Virus record (IMG/VR): IMGVR_UViG_3300031949_000026
DNA from: an uncultured virus (IMG/VR IMGVR_UViG_3300031949_000026)
Lineage: Duplodnaviria > Heunggongvirae > Uroviricota > Caudoviricetes
Length of the DNA: 20,000 bases
Reading direction: 5' to 3' (one strand)
The notes under the pieces: model-generated
What the model saw: the letters and a program-made list of their open reading frames with translations, nothing else
Databases searched by the model: none
Told to the model about the DNA's origin: nothing
Shown: positions 15,685 to 20,000 of the stretch, piece after piece
Layout: the number at the start of each line of letters is the position of its first letter
Numbering within the stretch: position 1 is the stretch's first letter
Translations under genes and position numbers: made by a program

Positions 15685-15984
15685 TCACGTTCCCGGCCTC
15701 CGGTAGAGCGATCCCGCCCGGATCGCCTGCGCGAACTTCGGGAGATCCTGCCGGAGCGCCTGCATCTCCATCTGGAGCGCCCCGTTGACTTCGATCGTAT
15801 CGTCGAGCGCGGAGATGAGTCCCTCGTCCTTCCGCGTGATCGCGTCGAAGAGAAGCGCCGTCATCTCCGTCTGCTTCTGGACGGCCTCCGTAAGCTTGGA
15901 GACGGACTTCTGGAGACTGTCGAGGCACCTCAAAAACTGGCCGAAGCGTTCCTGCTGCTTCCGAGAGACCTCCTCTTCCGTCAT
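15685..15984 (-). CDS. Coiled-coil protein, 99 aa (MTEEEVSRKQQE...)
   Basis: ATG at 15984 overlaps the upstream stop (ATGA); heptad pattern. Confidence 0.75.
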   Translation of the reverse strand: MTEEEVSRKQQERFGQFLRCLDSLQKSVSKLTEAVQKQTEMTALLFDAITRKDEGLISALDDTIEVNGALQMEMQALRQDLPKFAQAIRAGSLYRRPGT

Positions 15985-16688
15985 CGACAATGCCCCCTGT
16001 ACAGGAACCCGAGTTCGTCGCCGCGGAAGCCGTCGAAGTACGCCACGCGGACACCGCTCGTGTCGGCGCAGTAATTGAAGGAGACCTGATCGCGCTTCGA
16101 CCCGGAAGCAAGTTCCCGCCACCAATAGGCGTTGAACTCCGCCACCTTCGGCGTATGCCGTCGAAGGAGAATCCCGGTCTCCGCAAGACCGGCGTTCGCG
16201 GGGTAGCCGCGACCGCGATACTTTTCCAATTGGGAGCTAACGACCCCAGGATCGTCCTTCCCACAGTCGATCGCGAACTGGCCGCCTTCGTAGGTGCAGG
16301 AGAACATGAAGTGCCTGCACACGGCGATGTCGGCCTCCGCAAGATATTTTTTCACGAGACCCGGGACGTCCACCTTGTCGAGCGTGAACGCGGCATCGAC
16401 CCAGAGGGAATACTCGTAACGGTGGACCGGGTTGCACGGGAGATGGGAATTCAGCTTCCAGAAGCGGGCGCGGCGCGTGTCGTCGAGGCTTCCCCACGAA
16501 ACGTCGGGGGGAATGACCGCGGGCACGAAGCCGTTCGCCCGGCCGTGGAACCAGCGGGGCGGCCCCCCGGGGAAGTCCGTCGCCAGGAACACGTCGTAGT
16601 CTCCCGGCTTCGGACGGTCGTAATGATCGTGAGCGCCGAACAAGGCCGTGTACACGGCGATTTTATTTTTGAGGATGCCGTAGCTCAT
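15981..16688 (-). CDS. DUF616/TOD1-MUCI70-like glycosyltransferase, 235 aa
   Basis: Motifs VYTALFGAHD, RFWKLNSH, YEYSLWVDA, ETGILLRRH and WWRE...RDQVSFNY are characteristic of this family. Confidence 0.8.
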   Translation of the reverse strand: MSYGILKNKIAVYTALFGAHDHYDRPKPGDYDVFLATDFPGGPPRWFHGRANGFVPAVIPPDVSWGSLDDTRRARFWKLNSHLPCNPVHRYEYSLWVDAAFTLDKVDVPGLVKKYLAEADIAVCRHFMFSCTYEGGQFAIDCGKDDPGVVSSQLEKYRGRGYPANAGLAETGILLRRHTPKVAEFNAYWWRELASGSKRDQVSFNYCADTSGVRVAYFDGFRGDELGFLYRGHCR

Positions 16689-17233
16689 CGGACCGGCGCG
16701 ACGTCGATCTTGGAGAGATCGACATCACCGAACTCCTTCTCCTCGTTGAACTTCCGAGCCCGCAAGAGGACGCCGGGGAAGCCCGGCGCGTCCTCCCGAA
16801 GATCCTGGATTCTCATGTCGGCAAAGATCCGAAGAAAATCCGGAACCGTGAAACGCCAGTAGTCGTGCGGATACCCGTGGTACGGGAAGCCGGGACCCCG
16901 TGTGGTCACGACGAGCAGACCGCCCGGCGCGGTCATCTCCTTCATCACGCGAACAGCGGTGCGCCAGTCCTCGGCGTGCTCCAGCATCTCGGTTGAGATC
17001 ACGACGTCGAAGGGCTCGGGAAAGGCTTCAGGAATGCGCTCAACCGAGAGGACGACATCGACGCCCTTCCCCGGCGTCATATCAACGCCGGTCCAGGACG
17101 CGGGACCGTGGCCCGCGAGTGCATCCCGCGGAGATCCGTTCACGTCTTGAGAGCCGATCTCCAGGACGCTCTTTCCCGCGATGTCCTCGCGGCGGATCTC
17201 GTGGCGAAGGAAGTCCATCACGCTCGAATGCAT
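16685..17233 (-). CDS. Class I SAM-dependent methyltransferase, 182 aa
   Basis: VLEIGSQDVNG, GVDMTPGKGVD, FDVVISTEMLEH and YHGYPHDYWRFT. Start MHSSV at 17233 with AAGGAG SD. Confidence 0.88.
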   Translation of the reverse strand: MHSSVMDFLRHEIRREDIAGKSVLEIGSQDVNGSPRDALAGHGPASWTGVDMTPGKGVDVVLSVERIPEAFPEPFDVVISTEMLEHAEDWRTAVRVMKEMTAPGGLLVVTTRGPGFPYHGYPHDYWRFTVPDFLRIFADMRIQDLREDAPGFPGVLLRARKFNEEKEFGDVDLSKIDVAPVR

Positions 17234-17925
17234 TGTCTGTTCTCCTTGGAGAGGTCCTCGACAGCCTTCTCGATGAACTCGTTCGTGATCGCGCCGGAGT
17301 AGAGTTCGTTCGGCCCCGGAGACAACGGCGTGAGGCAATGGCTCTCGTCGAGCTTGAATTGGACGCCCGGATAGTCCTCGACTCCATAAAAGGTCTCGTC
17401 GATCTTCTTCCAGTCGCGACGGAAAAGCGCGGAGTGCTTGAACCAAAAGAAGGTCCCTGCGAAGCACCATCCGCTCCTCGGAGCGACGTGCTGGTAGCGG
17501 AGGGAACCGACGACCCCCGCCTTCTTGAGCTTCTGATCGACGAGTTCCGGAAATCGAAGAGCCGCCTCGTACATGAGCCAGGACCAGTTCAGAATCGGCA
17601 CGAGGTCCTTCCCATGCCGCGTGACACCTTTCGCGTGCGCGTAGAAGGTGGCCTCATCCTCCTTTTCTGACTTGACGAGTCCAAGCAGATCGACAAAGTG
17701 AGCGGCTTCACCGAGCTTCTCGTCGTTTTCGACAAACCTCACCTCCGCTTCGAGCGGGGAGATCGTCCGCAGGACGACGTTCGGGTTCTCCGTCTTCTCG
17801 TCGATCGAGACGGTGATGATCTTCCGGCCGGTGAAGACGCGACGGTGCTCAAGAAGACGTGGAACGTGCCACGCCCACGAAGTCCCGCGCACCGGATAGC
17901 AGTAGAAGAGGAGATTCCGGACCAT
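17218..17925 (-). CDS. Putative glycosyltransferase-like protein, 235 aa
   Basis: Start MVRNLL at 17925 with GAGG SD; FYAHAKGVT and FAGTFFWF motifs seen in glycan-synthesis proteins; adjacent to the methyltransferase and GT genes. Confidence 0.6.
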   Translation of the reverse strand: MVRNLLFYCYPVRGTSWAWHVPRLLEHRRVFTGRKIITVSIDEKTENPNVVLRTISPLEAEVRFVENDEKLGEAAHFVDLLGLVKSEKEDEATFYAHAKGVTRHGKDLVPILNWSWLMYEAALRFPELVDQKLKKAGVVGSLRYQHVAPRSGWCFAGTFFWFKHSALFRRDWKKIDETFYGVEDYPGVQFKLDESHCLTPLSPGPNELYSGAITNEFIEKAVEDLSKENRQCIRA

Positions 17926-17932
17926 GGGACCT

Positions 17933-19957
17933 CTACTGGTTCTGCTGATCCCGCCAGATGTCCTGCGTCGTCCGGATCGCGCGACGGACCCAGGAGTCCA
18001 CGATCTCGTCCTTCCCGGCCTCCTTGATCTTGTCGAGCTTCTCCCGATCACCCCACTTCCCGAGCGTTCCCTCCAGTTCGCCTCCGCTCGTGGCCTTGTG
18101 GATTTCCGCGAGAAGTTCGTTGTCGAGGAATTCGAGCGCGTCGGCGGGAATGTAGCTCTCGATCTTCGAGTCGTTCGCCGCCTTCTGCGGCGTCCCCTCC
18201 GCGATCTCGGAGAGAATCGAGTTGAGGACGTAATTTACCGCCTTCTTCCGATCGTACCTCATCTCGCCGGGCTTCGGGGGAATCTCGACCTTCCCGATCC
18301 CGGGCATGTCCGTGTACTGCACCTCTTCGGCCTCCTCGTGTTTGGCTTCCGCGGTCGCCGCGTCCCCTCTCGGCGTGGTCTTCTGCGAGAGGTCCGCGGG
18401 TTCGATCTGAATGTGCTCGACGATGCCCTCCGAAGTCTCCTTCCGGGCGACGACCTTCCCGGGACTTCCGCCCTTCTGGGGAATCTGCGGCTTCTTCTGG
18501 GGTGCGGGGAGGCCGGGCTTCTGGCCGCCCCCCTGAATCTTCGGGTCCCGGACGAGCCAGCCCTCCTTCCGCCACTTCTCTTCGAGGTCCTTCGCAGCCT
18601 TGCCCGCAGCCTCCTGATAGATCTCCTTCATGCGCTCCTTCGAGACCTCCTGCTTCTTTCCGTCCTTGTCGGTCTTCTCCTCCTTCTCGACCTGCTTCTC
18701 GACATAGGTCTTGAGGACCGGCGTGAACTGCTTGATCGCGAACTTCATCGTGTCTTCTTCGTCGCCGCCCTCCTCGCCGCCGCCGAGGACGCGCTCCATC
18801 GCCATCTCCAGGAGTTGATCCTGGAGCTTCGAGACGCGCGAATCGCCGTCACCAAAGGCCGTCTTCATTTTCGCGAAACGATCCAGCATCTTGTCGAAGT
18901 TCTCGCTCGCATCGGCGGTCTGAGCCGCCGGTTTGTTCATCGTCTTGACGAGATCGAGCATCTCCTTCGAGTGGCTCTGGGACTGCGTGAGGATTTTGAG
19001 CACGAGCGAGTCCTCGCCGCCGCCCGACTTGTGCTCCACGGGCGGCCGGTTGGCGAACGACTGAACGGTCCTCGTAAGGTCCGCGATCGAATTTTGCATC
19101 GCGGAAAAACGATCGTCCACCTTCTTCTCCACGAGCGCGGCTTTCAGGTCCGCGATCTCCTTGTCGCGCGGATCAGGGCCGGATGGAAGAGCAGGCGGCT
19201 TCTTCTCGTCGTCGTCCCCTTCGACCTCCTTGACCATCCGCTCCAAATCCTTGATCTCCTTCTTCATCCTGGCGCGATCAAGACGGCGCTCCAGCGAAAT
19301 CTTCGCGGCGGCGAGCGGGTCGGTTTCCCGAAGCGTCGGATCGGTCCCCCCGGGAATCGACCGCCCCATCGCTTCGGCGGCCTCCTGCGCGTCCCCCTCC
19401 GGATCGTCGATGTACGGCGGCGCTTCGGGGTTCGGATGCTCGATCTCGAAAGCCCCGAGAATCGTGTTCTCGCCGATCGTCGTATTCGGATGGATCGTCA
19501 CGTTGTACGACTGGCCGCCGAAGCGGTCGAACACGTCCTCCTCGATCTGTTCTCGACGCATCGGGCAGGCGTACTTATCGACCTTGACGGCGCATCGAAC
19601 CTTGTCGCCGTTCCGAAGGTGAAAGACGCGCGGAAACTTCCGCGTGACGACGACCATGTTCTTCGGGTCCGCGAGCAGCGGCGCGAGCGGGTCGGCGGGA
19701 GGTTCGTCGGACTCTTCCTTCTCGGGACGGGGGGGAGGCTGCGTGCCGCCGGAGACCCTCTTCGCCGCCGTCGCCACGGCCCGCGCGGTCCCTTCGATCG
19801 AGACCTTCATCTTCGCGGGTTCCTCGGTCTCTGTGTGACCGTTCCCGCCGGTCTCGACCTCGCCTTCGGACGTCTCCTCTTCGGACAGGTCCTCGGGCAT
19901 CTCCTCAGACGATTCGGGGGGCGACGGGGGCGGCTTTGACTTTGCGGCTTTCGGCAT
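17933..19957 (-). CDS. Large acidic/Pro-rich hypothetical protein, 674 aa (disordered N-terminus, small beta domain, coiled coils)
   Basis: GGAG SD; codon usage like the neighbouring genes; no family recognised. Confidence 0.85.
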   Translation of the reverse strand: MPKAAKSKPPPSPPESSEEMPEDLSEEETSEGEVETGGNGHTETEEPAKMKVSIEGTARAVATAAKRVSGGTQPPPRPEKEESDEPPADPLAPLLADPKNMVVVTRKFPRVFHLRNGDKVRCAVKVDKYACPMRREQIEEDVFDRFGGQSYNVTIHPNTTIGENTILGAFEIEHPNPEAPPYIDDPEGDAQEAAEAMGRSIPGGTDPTLRETDPLAAAKISLERRLDRARMKKEIKDLERMVKEVEGDDDEKKPPALPSGPDPRDKEIADLKAALVEKKVDDRFSAMQNSIADLTRTVQSFANRPPVEHKSGGGEDSLVLKILTQSQSHSKEMLDLVKTMNKPAAQTADASENFDKMLDRFAKMKTAFGDGDSRVSKLQDQLLEMAMERVLGGGEEGGDEEDTMKFAIKQFTPVLKTYVEKQVEKEEKTDKDGKKQEVSKERMKEIYQEAAGKAAKDLEEKWRKEGWLVRDPKIQGGGQKPGLPAPQKKPQIPQKGGSPGKVVARKETSEGIVEHIQIEPADLSQKTTPRGDAATAEAKHEEAEEVQYTDMPGIGKVEIPPKPGEMRYDRKKAVNYVLNSILSEIAEGTPQKAANDSKIESYIPADALEFLDNELLAEIHKATSGGELEGTLGKWGDREKLDKIKEAGKDEIVDSWVRRAIRTTQDIWRDQQNQ

Positions 19958-20000
19958 CGAGCATCTCCAGGATTTGAGGGTGTTTGATGAATCCCCGGAA

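Noticed and set aside
15626..15688. 20-codon mini-ORF (VIVIGVVPRDLSNVRLRGSR) bridging two genes across the repeat
   Set aside because: It overlaps start and stop at both ends but is too short to support and may be chance.
93..19939. Very long plus-strand ORFs (738, 1201, 1305 and 671 aa)
   Set aside because: They are antisense shadows of GC-rich minus-strand genes. They have Arg/Leu/Asp-biased nonsense composition and span multiple well-formed genes with SD sites.

Overview
A GC-rich, gene-dense segment in which essentially every real gene is on the minus strand; the long plus-strand ORFs look like antisense shadows. It reads as part of a prokaryotic virus or provirus genome, most plausibly a tailless, membrane-containing jelly-roll-capsid virus. 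That assignment is an inference: no terminase, portal, tail, packaging ATPase, integrase or polymerase gene is recognisable in the window. In transcription order (right to left) it contains: a large acidic protein; a glycosyltransferase/methyltransferase cluster; three small AT-richer ORFs, each bounded by a ~20-bp conserved repeat (cassette-like array); a sigma70-like promoter; a Com-like zinc-finger gene and an intrinsic terminator; and a long putative structural operon. The operon holds a membrane-anchored transglutaminase-like Cys-His-Asp enzyme, a ~900-aa modular protein punctuated by Asn-Pro motifs, an Arg-rich core-like membrane protein, three candidate jelly-roll capsid proteins (one internally duplicated), spike-like beta proteins, small membrane proteins and a lipoprotein, and proteins carrying G-[LM]-G motifs. 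The most interesting signals are a candidate virion maturation/cargo system (NP and G[LM]G signals plus the transglutaminase-like protease), the repeat-bounded mini-cassette array, and structured RNA spacers around the putative major capsid gene.
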